Virus record (IMG/VR): IMGVR_UViG_3300032246_001180
Coordinates: 32,001 to 96,000 of that record
Origin: a virus
Reading direction: 5' to 3' (one strand)
DNA: 64,000 nucleotides
Numbering within the stretch: position 1 is the first letter of the stretch; each line of letters opens with the position of its first letter. Made by a program: the position numbers and the translations under genes. The notes under the pieces are model-generated. The model did not search any database. It worked only from the letters and a program-made list of their open reading frames with translations, and was not told where the DNA came from. Shown piece by piece: positions 1-8,911 of this stretch.

Positions 1-57
1 ACATATCACTTCCAAGGAGATATGCCGGCTGTGGCTAATTTTGTCGGAGAAATGTAA
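1..57 (+). CDS. 3' end of upstream CDS (partial, ...TYHFQGDMPAVANFVGEM*)
   Basis: Open frame from base 1 to TAA 55-57, overlapping next ATG. Confidence 0.6.
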   Translation, partial: TYHFQGDMPAVANFVGEM

Positions 58-473
58 TGAGTGATGGCTATGATTCTGTCAATACTGAGTATGATAGACA
101 ACAAGCATGGATTAAAAAACAAATGAAATCTTCCGATACTGGATTCGTTGATGAGGTTTTAGCATCACAAACGGCAACTACTGGCGGTAGAAAATTTGAT
201 GGTAACAAATTAGAATATGGTTTGTTACCTCCTTTAGCGCTTGAAGAAACTGTTAAAGTTTTAACTTTTGGTGCTCAGAAATATGAACGTGATAATTGGC
301 AAAAAGTACCTGATTCAAAACGCAGATACTTTGATGCATTACAACGGCATATGTGGTCATGGAAACAAGGCGAACAAAATGACCAAGAGTCTGGTATTAA
401 TCATCTAGCACACGCAATGTGTTGTTTGATGTTTTTGTATGAACATGATGTTAAGTATTCGAAAGACGCTTGA
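57..473 (+). CDS. dATP/dGTP diphosphohydrolase domain protein (DUF5664-like)
   Basis: GRKFDGNK..YGLLPP, GAQKY..DNW, ESGINHLAHA motifs. Confidence 0.8.
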   Translation: MSDGYDSVNTEYDRQQAWIKKQMKSSDTGFVDEVLASQTATTGGRKFDGNKLEYGLLPPLALEETVKVLTFGAQKYERDNWQKVPDSKRRYFDALQRHMWSWKQGEQNDQESGINHLAHAMCCLMFLYEHDVKYSKDA

Positions 474-498
474 CATTCAGTTCAAATTGTTATATACT
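470..498 (+). promoter_or_regulatory. sigma70-type promoter
   Basis: TTGACA-17nt-TATACT upstream of gp45. Confidence 0.75.
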
Positions 499-527
499 GT
501 TGAAACATTTACATAATGGAGAAATAA

Positions 528-1199
528 ATGAAACTTTCAAACGAAACACTTTCCGTGTTAAAAAACTTTGCTGGCATCAATTCTGGCATCGAATTCAAAA
601 AAGGAAACAAACTTACCACGATTTCATCTGGTAAAACTGTTCTCGCAAAAGCGATTCTCAAAGATGAGTTTCCACAAGACTTTTGTGTATATGATTTAAA
701 TCAATTTTTAAACATTCATTCTTTGAATAAAGATACTGAGATTGATTTTGACGAAGCAAACATTATTTTCAAATCTGGCCGCAGCAAAGCGAAGTATCGT
801 AAAACTGCGAAAGAAATGATTGTAACTGCACCAGATAAAGCATTGAGTCTTCCCTCAGTTGATGTTGAATTTACATTGACAGAAGAAGATTATGCGTCAA
901 TCCTTAAGAGCGCTAACATTCTACAGTCGCCTAATATTGCAGTTGAGTCTGTGGGTGAAAAGATTGTATTGACGGCATTTAGTGCAGTTGATGATTCTGC
1001 ACACACAAACTCTATTGAAGTTGCTGCTGGTAATGGTAGTAAATTTAAAATGGTTTTTTTGACCGAAAACTTGAAAATGATTTCAGGTTCTTATGATGTT
1101 GAGATTTCTTCAAAAGGTCTTGCCTCGTTCAAAAATAAGAATGTTGACATTCAATATTGGGTTGCAACAGAATCTAAGTATTCTAAATTTGGAGAATAA
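528..1199 (+). CDS. 45: sliding clamp (T4 gp45-like)
   Basis: MKLSxETLxVLKNFAxINxGI N-terminus, YWVATE C-terminus, synteny with gp44/62. Confidence 0.93.
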   Translation: MKLSNETLSVLKNFAGINSGIEFKKGNKLTTISSGKTVLAKAILKDEFPQDFCVYDLNQFLNIHSLNKDTEIDFDEANIIFKSGRSKAKYRKTAKEMIVTAPDKALSLPSVDVEFTLTEEDYASILKSANILQSPNIAVESVGEKIVLTAFSAVDDSAHTNSIEVAAGNGSKFKMVFLTENLKMISGSYDVEISSKGLASFKNKNVDIQYWVATESKYSKFGE

Positions 1200-1201
1200 A
1201 A

Positions 1202-1399
1202 ATGCTGGTCTATTTGAATGAATCTACTACAGGTCAAGCTTTAGCAATTAATCCTGACCATATCATCACTTGCTTTGAAGCCGCTGAAGGCGAGTTAGAA
1301 GGAAAAACAATTGTGGTTTTAACACAAGGCAGTTGGACAGTTAGTCAATCTCAACTTGAAGTGGTTGGAATGATTAATGGCCTTGCTTCAACTAACTGA
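1202..1399 (+). CDS. small hypothetical protein (FlbD-like AINPDHI motif)
   Basis: ORF with GGAG RBS. Confidence 0.55.
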   Translation: MLVYLNESTTGQALAINPDHIITCFEAAEGELEGKTIVVLTQGSWTVSQSQLEVVGMINGLASTN

Positions 1400-1401
1400 T
1401 A

Positions 1402-1437
1402 AAAATTGACCACCGTTAATCCTGGTGTGTCGTTTTT
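1402..1437 (+). repeat. 36-bp hairpin/T-tract element, copy 1 (inverted copy at 60292-60327)
   Basis: 34/36 identity to reverse complement of 60292-60327. Confidence 0.85.
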
Positions 1438-1513
1438 TTCTGAAAGACCATACTCCTGGTCTATATTGATTTGATTTGATTTTTTATTATGTTTTATATT
1501 ATGGGAGTTTTAT

Positions 1514-2446
1514 ATGTCGCAACACGTTTTGTGGGTGGAGAAGTATCGTCCAGCTAAGGTAGAAGATTGTATTTTACCTGAACTAGTTAAAAATACTTTT
1601 CAGCAGTATGTCAATAAAAAAGAAATTCCCAACCTTCTTCTGTCGGGTGGAGCTGGCGTAGGTAAAACTACAATTGCTAAAGCTCTATGTGAAGAAGTTG
1701 GTTGTGATTACATTGTCATCAACGGTTCAGATGAGAATGGTGTTGACACTATTCGTATTAAAATTAAAAACTATGCCTCGTCAGTAAGTCTGATGGGTGG
1801 TCGTAAGGTCATCATTCTAGATGAGGCAGACTATCTAACGCCTAATGCACAGGCTATTCTTCGTGCATCGATTGAAGAATTTGCAAGTAATTGTTCTTTT
1901 ATCTTTACTTGTAACTTCAAGAACCGAATCATCGACCCTATTCATTCACGTTGTACCGTTATTGACTTCCGAGTTAACGGCCAAAAGGCCAAACTTGCAA
2001 CTCAATTTTTCAAACGTGTTGAATGGATACTTGCACAGGAGAAAATCACATATGACAAAGAGGTTGTTGCTGCTGTTATTACTAAGCACTTTCCTGACAA
2101 TCGTAGAATACTCAATGAACTACAAAGATATTCGGTATCAGGAGTCATCGACAAAGGTATTCTTGCAGCCGTAAGTGATATTCAATTAAATGAACTCACT
2201 AAAGCCTTGAAAGAGAAAGACTTTGCATCATGTCGTAAATGGGTCACCAATAACTTGGACAATGATCCTGCACGAATCTTCCGTAAACTATATGATGGTC
2301 TGTATGAACTATTGAAACCAGACACCGTACCCGCACTGGTTCTTATTCTTGCTAAGTATCAGTATCAAGTAGCTTTTGTTGCTGATTCTGAGATTAACTT
2401 GATTGCTTGTTTGACAGAAATTATGGTGGACTGTGAGTTCAAGTAA
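1514..2446 (+). CDS. 44: clamp loader large subunit (gp44)
   Basis: WVEKYRP, GxGKTT, DEAD, SRC motifs. Confidence 0.95.
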   Translation: MSQHVLWVEKYRPAKVEDCILPELVKNTFQQYVNKKEIPNLLLSGGAGVGKTTIAKALCEEVGCDYIVINGSDENGVDTIRIKIKNYASSVSLMGGRKVIILDEADYLTPNAQAILRASIEEFASNCSFIFTCNFKNRIIDPIHSRCTVIDFRVNGQKAKLATQFFKRVEWILAQEKITYDKEVVAAVITKHFPDNRRILNELQRYSVSGVIDKGILAAVSDIQLNELTKALKEKDFASCRKWVTNNLDNDPARIFRKLYDGLYELLKPDTVPALVLILAKYQYQVAFVADSEINLIACLTEIMVDCEFK

Positions 2447-2832
2447 TGCCAGACCTATTCAAAGAAATCATTCCATCCATACTCACGACTAAAAAATCTG
2501 TTATACATGATGAGTTGGATGCTAAAGACTATACTCCGTTTGTAGTCAATCGAGCCTTGTCTTATCATATGGACTGTGTTCTGTATGCTAATGAGATTAA
2601 TCTACACCCACATCTAGACAAGGACCTTCAATATCACTATCTTCTAAATACCGTAAGGTCTATGAAACGGAAATTTCAACCGTGGCAGAAATCATCGACC
2701 GATAAAGATATAGAATCCGTTAAAACTTATTTTGGTTACTCGAATGAGAAGGCCAAAGAAGCATTGCGTATTCTAAATGAAGACCAAATCGCTGACATAA
2801 GAAAAAGAACAGATAAAGGCGGAATGAAGTGA
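2446..2832 (+). CDS. 62: clamp loader small subunit (gp62)
   Basis: YxPFxVNRxLS, YFGYSxEKA, synteny. Confidence 0.9.
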   Translation: MPDLFKEIIPSILTTKKSVIHDELDAKDYTPFVVNRALSYHMDCVLYANEINLHPHLDKDLQYHYLLNTVRSMKRKFQPWQKSSTDKDIESVKTYFGYSNEKAKEALRILNEDQIADIRKRTDKGGMK

Positions 2833-3239
2833 TGATTACTATAGCAGATTTAGTTGAGGTAACACTCAAAGAACAGGACGACTTCCTCAAGGTTCGTGAA
2901 ACTCTAACCCGAATCGGTGTTGCTTCCAAAAAAGAAAATATTCTATATCAGTCTTGTCATATACTACACAAACAGGGAAAATACTATATCGTACATTTCA
3001 AAGAACTCTTTGCTTTGGATGGTAAACCTTCTGATATATCAGAAAATGATTTATCCCGTAGAAATGCCATTACCAAGTTATTACAAGATTGGGGACTTTG
3101 CAAAGTGGTAAATATGAAACAGATTGAAACACCGGAACCAATCTTTTTATCTCAGATTAAGATACTATCCCATAAAGAAAAGAACGATTGGAATTTAGTA
3201 CCAAAATATAATATTGGTAAAAAACCAGGATCTTATTGA
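2829..3239 (+). CDS. regA: RegA translational repressor
   Basis: DDFLKVRETLTRIGVAS, LYQSCHILHKQGKYYIVHFKELF. Confidence 0.95.
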   Translation: MMITIADLVEVTLKEQDDFLKVRETLTRIGVASKKENILYQSCHILHKQGKYYIVHFKELFALDGKPSDISENDLSRRNAITKLLQDWGLCKVVNMKQIETPEPIFLSQIKILSHKEKNDWNLVPKYNIGKKPGSY

Positions 3240-3258
3240 CTTTCTCTGACGTTTAGTG

Positions 3259-3298
3259 TATAAATATAGGTGTAGATGCCTTCGGGGTCTACATTTAT
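3259..3298 (+). promoter_or_regulatory. T4 late-type promoter TATAAATA plus 5' hairpin with CUUCGG loop upstream of hsp20
   Basis: TATAAATA 3259-3266; tgtagat-gccttcggg-gtctaca stem. Confidence 0.7.
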
Positions 3299-3324
3299 TA
3301 ACTCGCTTAACTAAGGAGAAATCT

Positions 3325-3783
3325 ATGACAAGCATATCCCTATTCCCGCAATGGGAACAACTCCATAAGTCTTTGGATCCTTTCACCGTTGGTTTCAATG
3401 ATGTATTTGACCAACTACAGGACGTGTCTAAAACAATCACCAAAGGCGTACACAACTACCCTCCATATAATATCAAACAAGTCAAAGATAACAAATTCGT
3501 TATCGAAATGGCTGTTGCAGGCTTTGCTAAAACTGATATTGAAGTAACTTTGGAAGGTAATAAATTGGTTATCAAAGGTGAAACCAAAGATTCAGAACCA
3601 GAAGAAAACTTCATTTTCAAAGGTATTGCTAACCGCAATTTTATCCGTCAATTTACATTGGCAGACAAGATTGAGATTAAAGATGCCGAAATTGCAAATG
3701 GTATGTTAAAAGTTTGGTTGGAAAATATTGTGAAAGCCCAAGACGCAGTAAAGAAAATTACTGTAAAAGAAAAGGGTGAATAA
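3325..3783 (+). CDS. small heat-shock protein Hsp20/IbpA family
   Basis: YPPYNI, EMAVAGF, KGIAxRxF, NGML; AAGGAG RBS before ATG 3325. Confidence 0.93.
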   Translation: MTSISLFPQWEQLHKSLDPFTVGFNDVFDQLQDVSKTITKGVHNYPPYNIKQVKDNKFVIEMAVAGFAKTDIEVTLEGNKLVIKGETKDSEPEENFIFKGIANRNFIRQFTLADKIEIKDAEIANGMLKVWLENIVKAQDAVKKITVKEKGE

Positions 3784-3942
3784 ATGGCTAAAATGTTAAA
3801 AAGGCTAGCGAAGTTATTTGAAGCCAATAAAAGTTCGCCATTAGAAAGATTCATTAATAGCAAGTATCCTCAAAATGCTTCTGATGTTGAGTATTGGACA
3901 AAACAATACCAACAATCACAGTATTGGTCGAGAGGTCTATAA
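3784..3942 (+). CDS. small hypothetical protein (52 aa, MAKMLKR...YWSRGL)
   Basis: Manual translation; abuts both neighbours. Confidence 0.6.
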   Translation: MAKMLKRLAKLFEANKSSPLERFINSKYPQNASDVEYWTKQYQQSQYWSRGL

Positions 3943-4031
3943 TGAAGAAATTTTTCAAACAAATGTATGAAGCTTGGGTTGAAGCTCGTAAGATGCAAGC
4001 CGAACACGTTATTCGTAGCCGTAGAGGCTAA
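3942..4031 (+). CDS. small hypothetical peptide (29 aa)
   Basis: GAGG RBS, TAATG coupling. Confidence 0.5.
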   Translation: MKKFFKQMYEAWVEARKMQAEHVIRSRRG

Positions 4032-4032
4032 T

Positions 4033-4107
4033 ATGAATAATTGGTGGCCTGTATCGGACGAAGAATGGGAAAATTTAAATTTTCCCAAAAAACAACCAAC
4101 TAAGTAA
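4033..4107 (+). CDS. Trp-rich mini-peptide MNNWWPVSDEEWENLNFPKKQPTK
   Basis: GAGG RBS; ends just before terminator. Confidence 0.45.
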   Translation: MNNWWPVSDEEWENLNFPKKQPTK

Positions 4108-4117
4108 GTGGTAAACA

Positions 4118-4147
4118 AATAGGGGGTTGTTGCCGATCCCCTATTTT
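4118..4147 (+). terminator. intrinsic terminator overlapping a sigma70-type promoter (TTGCCG-17-TATAAT, 4130-4158)
   Basis: aatagggggttg-ttgc-cgatcccctatttt. Confidence 0.7.
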
Positions 4148-4167
4148 ATCTGTATAATGGACACATT

Positions 4168-4362
4168 ATGAAAACTTTGAACAGACAAATACTAAAAAAA
4201 GTTCGTTCTCACACGAACCATGATATCTATTATACCTTTTCTCATTGGGAACCTAAAGAGATTGAAGGTGTAAAGTTTATTCCTGTAGTAAAAAATCCTC
4301 CTAATAATCAAACCCAAACCATACACTATATGCGTAAAGATAGTTTGGAGTATGTTAAATGA
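4168..4362 (+). CDS. hypothetical protein
   Basis: ORF downstream of promoter. Confidence 0.6.
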   Translation: MKTLNRQILKKVRSHTNHDIYYTFSHWEPKEIEGVKFIPVVKNPPNNQTQTIHYMRKDSLEYVK

Positions 4363-5291
4363 AGGTGTTGGGAATAAGCACTTCACATAATGCATCCATC
4401 TGCCAAGTTACAGATGGTAAAATTGATTTTTACCTTGAAGAAGATAGATTCAACAAAAGAAAAAATTGGAATCCAAATATAAAAGAACAAGAATATCTTT
4501 CTATTAAAGAACGGGCTAACATTGAATATGATAAAGTAATTATTGCTTCCTTTGATAGACGATTTCCTAATAATTATACTGGTGATTTAGATAAAAATAT
4601 TAACTCTAATATTTTGAAACAATTAAAAGGAAATCCTCAATTTTATTTTTTTTCTTATTATCATCATTTATATCATGCATATTCAGGATTTTATTTTTCA
4701 AATTTTGAAGATGCCATCTGTATTGTGATGGATGGTGCTGGCGCTCAACCATATTTCTCTCATAGAAAATTCTGTCCAGAAGTAGAGAGTATCTATTACT
4801 TAAATAAATTTGAACATAAATTGCTATGCAAACATTTATCAAATGCTAGATATGTTCATAGTAAAGATGATGTAATACATCCAGCAGAATATATTAATAT
4901 TGATGGAGTAGATTTACAATTTGGATCAGCACCTAGTAGTGGCCATAAATTTGGAGCTCTAACACATAGACTAGGATTAGGTGATGGTAATGAAGCAGGT
5001 AAAACTATGGGTCTTGCCAGTTATGGTAATCTAACTGGTGATAGACCAGAAGACTTAGCAAGACAACTACAAGAAGAAACTAAGTTGGATACAATTGAAT
5101 TAATTAAAAAAGCAATTTCATATAACGATTGCAAGAATATTGTGTTGTCTGGTGGTTATGCTTTAAATTGCGTTAACAATTATGAATATTTAAAAGAATT
5201 TCCTGACCACAATTTCTTTGTGGATCCTGTTGCACATGATGGCGGTACTGCCATTGGTGCTGCTTTATGGGCTTATCACCATGCAAAGTAA
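4359..5291 (+). CDS. carbamoyltransferase (NodU/CmcH), N-terminal Kae1-like domain
   Basis: LGIS.SHNAS, EEDRF, HHLYHA, DGAG, GKTMGLASYG, SGGYALNCV, DGGTAIGAA. Confidence 0.9.
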   Translation: MKVLGISTSHNASICQVTDGKIDFYLEEDRFNKRKNWNPNIKEQEYLSIKERANIEYDKVIIASFDRRFPNNYTGDLDKNINSNILKQLKGNPQFYFFSYYHHLYHAYSGFYFSNFEDAICIVMDGAGAQPYFSHRKFCPEVESIYYLNKFEHKLLCKHLSNARYVHSKDDVIHPAEYINIDGVDLQFGSAPSSGHKFGALTHRLGLGDGNEAGKTMGLASYGNLTGDRPEDLARQLQEETKLDTIELIKKAISYNDCKNIVLSGGYALNCVNNYEYLKEFPDHNFFVDPVAHDGGTAIGAALWAYHHAK

Positions 5292-5817
5292 AATTATACA
5301 CAATAAAGAAAAAGTTGTTGAGCATTTACTTGACCAAAAAGTTGTTGCTATTTTTCAAGGACAATCTGAATGGGGTCCTAGAGCTCTAGGCAATCGTTCT
5401 ATTCTTTTTGATCCACGAAATCCAAAAGGCAAAGATATTATTAATGGTATCAAAAAACGTGAATGGTTTAGACCATTTGCTGGAACAATCATGTTAGAGT
5501 ATGTACATGATTATTTTGAAATGTTAACATTGAAAGAATCTCCTTATATGTCTTTTGCCATTCAAGCAAAAGAAAAAGCAAAAAAAGAAGTGCCATCAAT
5601 TATTCACGTTGACAATACTTGCAGAATACAAACAGTAACTAGAGAACAGAATAAACATTTCTACGAACTGATTGAAGAATTTTATAACAAAACTGGAGTA
5701 CCAATTCTATTCAATACCTCGTTTAATTTGGCCGGCGAACCATTGGTAGAAACTCTTGCAGATGCTATAGATACCGTTAACAGGTCAGAAATTGATTACA
5801 TCTATGTACCAAAATAA
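5281..5817 (+). CDS. carbamoyltransferase C-terminal (YrdC-like) domain, separate ORF
   Basis: EWGPRALGNRSIL, KKREWFRPFA, HVDNTCRIQTV, NTSFN. Confidence 0.9.
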   Translation: MQSKIIHNKEKVVEHLLDQKVVAIFQGQSEWGPRALGNRSILFDPRNPKGKDIINGIKKREWFRPFAGTIMLEYVHDYFEMLTLKESPYMSFAIQAKEKAKKEVPSIIHVDNTCRIQTVTREQNKHFYELIEEFYNKTGVPILFNTSFNLAGEPLVETLADAIDTVNRSEIDYIYVPK

Positions 5818-5825
5818 ATATTTAC

Positions 5826-5907
5826 GTCAACTCGTTAATGCACCATCAAAGGATGCCGTGGAATTTATTTTGTGCATTTCTACCACAAGGCCAAATTTGG
5901 AGTTGAC
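5826..5907 (+). ncRNA. candidate structured, pseudoknotted 5' leader RNA sequestering an RBS
   Basis: gtcaactc/gagttgac, aatgcac/gtgcatt, gcc-gtgg/ccac-aa-ggc pairings. Confidence 0.5.
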
Positions 5908-6096
5908 ATGAACACAAAAAACTTTTATAATTATTTTAAATACTCTGGTATCAATATCACTTTAAAATTAAATCCATTTCATTGGAGAATCAGTTGTGCA
6001 TACAACAAAACTAATGATGTTTGGGAAGCAGATGCTTTTGTTTTAGAACTTTTGCCTTTGACGTTGCGAGTTTGGTTTGATAATGGTGATTGGTAA
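5908..6096 (+). CDS. hypothetical protein
   Basis: GGAG RBS and ATG 5908. Confidence 0.65.
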   Translation: MNTKNFYNYFKYSGINITLKLNPFHWRISCAYNKTNDVWEADAFVLELLPLTLRVWFDNGDW

Positions 6097-6496
6097 GAAA
6101 ATAATTGTTAATGGTACATTCGATATACTTCACGTTGGCCACATTGCACTTTTAGAATATGCTAGAAGTCTTGGTGACCAACTATTGGTGTGTATAGATA
6201 GTGATAGGCGAGTAAAAGAACTCAAAGGAGAATCTCGTCCAATCAATAATCAATATGACCGAATCAGAATGTTGTGTGCGTTGAGAAGCGTTGACATGGT
6301 TTGGGTATTTGATACAAAAGAAAAACTGATTGAACAAATTAAATTGTATCAACCAGATATTATGGTAAAAGGTTCCGACTACAAAGGTAAATCTGTGGTT
6401 GGAGAATCTTTATGTAAAGAGGTAATTTATTATGACAGAACAGAACACTCAACAACAAACACAATTCAGAATATTATTGATAGGCGACCATTGTGA
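6083..6496 (+). CDS. heptose-1-phosphate adenylyltransferase (RfaE domain II/HldC-like)
   Basis: NGTFDILHVGH, SD..V..LKG..RPIN, VKGSDY, STT. Confidence 0.85.
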   Translation: MVIGKKIIVNGTFDILHVGHIALLEYARSLGDQLLVCIDSDRRVKELKGESRPINNQYDRIRMLCALRSVDMVWVFDTKEKLIEQIKLYQPDIMVKGSDYKGKSVVGESLCKEVIYYDRTEHSTTNTIQNIIDRRPL

Positions 6497-7193
6497 AGAT
6501 GTTTATCAATATGGTATCGTTGACAGAATAAGTCCTGAAGCTCCTGTTCCTGTTTTTCTCCAACAAAACCATGTTATAAAACCAGGCATGGCCGGCAACG
6601 TCTGTGAAAACTTTAAAGCTTTAGGCTGCGATGTTAATTATATACACGGCATGACTTCTGTTAAAACTAGATTGATTGACAGTAGAAGCAAACAACATAT
6701 TGTGCGTATTGATGATGACGTTTTATCAGAACCCATCAGATTTTGGACTGTTGTTCCGCCTGGTTATGATGCAATTGTTATTAGTGATTATAATAAAGGT
6801 ACAATAACTTACGAATTGATTGAAGAATTACGAAAAGACTTTAAAGGTCCTATATTTGTTGACACCAAAAAAACAGATTTAAGCCGAATGGAAGGTTGCT
6901 TTGTCAAGATTAATTCGTTAGAATATTCCAGAATAACTTCAAAGTGTAACAATTTAATTGTTACGGCCGGTGCAGAAGGTGCTTACTATAATGGCACAAG
7001 GTACCCAACAATGAAGGTAGAAGTTGCTGATGTGTGTGGTGCAGGTGATACTTTTCTAGCAGCACTCACATATCAATATTTGTTATGCAAAGATATAACA
7101 CGTTCAATTCCTTTTGCAATAAGGGCATCTGAAATAACTGTTCAACATATAGGTGTTTATGCACCAGATTTAGGAGAAATAAATGCGCCTTGA
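6432..7193 (+). CDS. heptose-7-phosphate kinase (RfaE domain I/HldA-like, PfkB)
   Basis: RISPEAPVPV, GMAGNV, SDYNKG, DVCGAGDTF. Confidence 0.88.
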   Translation: MTEQNTQQQTQFRILLIGDHCEDVYQYGIVDRISPEAPVPVFLQQNHVIKPGMAGNVCENFKALGCDVNYIHGMTSVKTRLIDSRSKQHIVRIDDDVLSEPIRFWTVVPPGYDAIVISDYNKGTITYELIEELRKDFKGPIFVDTKKTDLSRMEGCFVKINSLEYSRITSKCNNLIVTAGAEGAYYNGTRYPTMKVEVADVCGAGDTFLAALTYQYLLCKDITRSIPFAIRASEITVQHIGVYAPDLGEINAP

Positions 7194-7539
7194 AGGATTT
7201 GTAGAAAAAGGTTGGGGCCACGAATTAATTTGGGCAACCAACGAACACTATTGTGGCAAATTGTTGAAGTTCAATAAAGATGCTAGATTCAGTATGCACT
7301 TTCATGCTCAGAAAGATGAGAGTTGGTATGTGTTAGATGGACTATTTAAAATTGTATTCATCGAAACAAATGATGCTTCATTACACGATATCACGTTGAA
7401 ATCTGGTGATGTGTGGCGCAATCGACCACTACAACCACATCAAGTAATTTGTTTGGAAGAAGGAACAATTATTGAAGTGAGTACGCCAGATTCAGTAGAA
7501 GATAACTATCGAGTTATGAAAGGCGATAGTCAAAAGTGA
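7183..7539 (+). CDS. cupin-fold protein (sugar-phosphate isomerase-like)
   Basis: VEKGWGHE, SMHFH..KDESWYV, EVSTPD. Confidence 0.75.
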   Translation: MRLEGFVEKGWGHELIWATNEHYCGKLLKFNKDARFSMHFHAQKDESWYVLDGLFKIVFIETNDASLHDITLKSGDVWRNRPLQPHQVICLEEGTIIEVSTPDSVEDNYRVMKGDSQK

Positions 7540-8318
7540 ATATCTTATTAACAGGTCACCGTGGCTTTATCGGTTCACACTTGCTTAAAGCATTAGAAGA
7601 AAAAGAACATAATGTATCAACCTATGAGTGGGATGATGGCAATATGCCTAGTATCATGGAACAAGATTGGGTAATCCATGTTGGTGCCATTAGTTCTACA
7701 GCCGAAAGAGATGTGGAAAAAGTGATGCGACAAAATGTGGATTTTACCACACAACTATATGACGCTTGCAAAACTTTTGGAGTTAACTTCCAATTCTCTA
7801 GTTCTGCATCTGTCTACGGTTCAGTAAGCACGTTTAAAGAAGATGCTCCTGTTGATCCTAGAACGCCCTACGCATGGTCCAAGTATCTGTGTGAGCGACA
7901 TATCAACAGACATATGGGTGGAAATGTAACTCAGATGTTTAGGTATTTTAATGTATACGGACCTGAAGGTGAAGAACACAAAGGCGACCAAGCCAGTCCA
8001 TATTATAAATTTACCAAACAGGCAAAGTATGGCGAAAAAATTAAAGTATTTGATGGTAGTGGAAAATTTCATAGAGATTTTATCCATGTCAGTCAAATCG
8101 TGGATATGCACCTTAGATTCTTAGATATTAAAGAATCTGGTACATGGAATTTTGGCACAGGTTCAACTAGAACATTTTTAGAAGTTGCGAATGAAATAGG
8201 ACAAAAATATCCATCTGTGATAGAATATGTTACTATGCCAAAAGAACTTGAACAATCATATCAAAAGTACACTTGTGCTGATATGACAAAAACTAATAAC
8301 ACACTAAACGAAAGGTAA
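7536..8318 (+). CDS. hldD: ADP-L-glycero-D-manno-heptose 6-epimerase
   Basis: TGxxGFIGS, GAISST, SSASVYG, YxxSK, RYFNVYGP.E.HKG, YQxYTCAD. Confidence 0.85.
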   Translation: MNILLTGHRGFIGSHLLKALEEKEHNVSTYEWDDGNMPSIMEQDWVIHVGAISSTAERDVEKVMRQNVDFTTQLYDACKTFGVNFQFSSSASVYGSVSTFKEDAPVDPRTPYAWSKYLCERHINRHMGGNVTQMFRYFNVYGPEGEEHKGDQASPYYKFTKQAKYGEKIKVFDGSGKFHRDFIHVSQIVDMHLRFLDIKESGTWNFGTGSTRTFLEVANEIGQKYPSVIEYVTMPKELEQSYQKYTCADMTKTNNTLNER

Positions 8319-8321
8319 ATT

Positions 8322-8771
8322 ATGTCTATTACAATTAAAAATCTTGAGAGTGCTTTGGCTGGTGAGTCAATGGCACATATTAAGTATCGCTACTTTGCGA
8401 AGATTGCGATGGAAGAAGGATTTGAAGATGTTGCAAAACATTTTTGGCACACGGCAGACCAAGAATTACTTCATGCATGGGGTCATCTTGAGTTGTTGAT
8501 TGGTAAGCCTTCAACAAAAGAATGTCTTGAAAAGGCAATCGAAGGTGAAACCTATGAGTATACAGAAATGTATCCTAAGTTTGAAGAAGAAGCCGAATTA
8601 GAAGGCAATGATGATGCCATGCTTGAAGCTAGATTACAGGCTGCTGAAAGCAAGGAACACGCCGAACAGTTCAAACAAATTTTAATTAAAGCAGAGAAAC
8701 GATTCAACGCTTTGAAGAAAATTGAAGAACGTCATGCTAACGCATATAAACAAAAATTAGGAGAACTATAA
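8322..8771 (+). CDS. rubrerythrin
   Basis: NL..AxAGES.A..KY..FA..A..EG, E..HA, GETYEYTEMYP. Confidence 0.9.
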   Translation: MSITIKNLESALAGESMAHIKYRYFAKIAMEEGFEDVAKHFWHTADQELLHAWGHLELLIGKPSTKECLEKAIEGETYEYTEMYPKFEEEAELEGNDDAMLEARLQAAESKEHAEQFKQILIKAEKRFNALKKIEERHANAYKQKLGEL

Positions 8772-8911
8772 TGGAAATCGAAAATCAATATGTTTGTATT
8801 GTTTGTGGCCATGTTCACCACGAACAAACTGAAGGTCGTTGGGAAGATTTACCTGATGATTTCACTTGTCCAGAATGTGGTTGTGGTAAAGAAGATTACG
8901 AATTACTGTGA
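8771..8911 (+). CDS. rubredoxin (46 aa, not in ORF track)
   Basis: YVCIVCGHV...WEDLPDDFTCPECGCGKEDY. Confidence 0.9.
   Translation: MEIENQYVCIVCGHVHHEQTEGRWEDLPDDFTCPECGCGKEDYELL

Noticed and set aside
57-473. 2-aminoadenine (Z) genome pathway
   Set aside because: No purZ or datZ visible; DUF5664-like genes are common on their own
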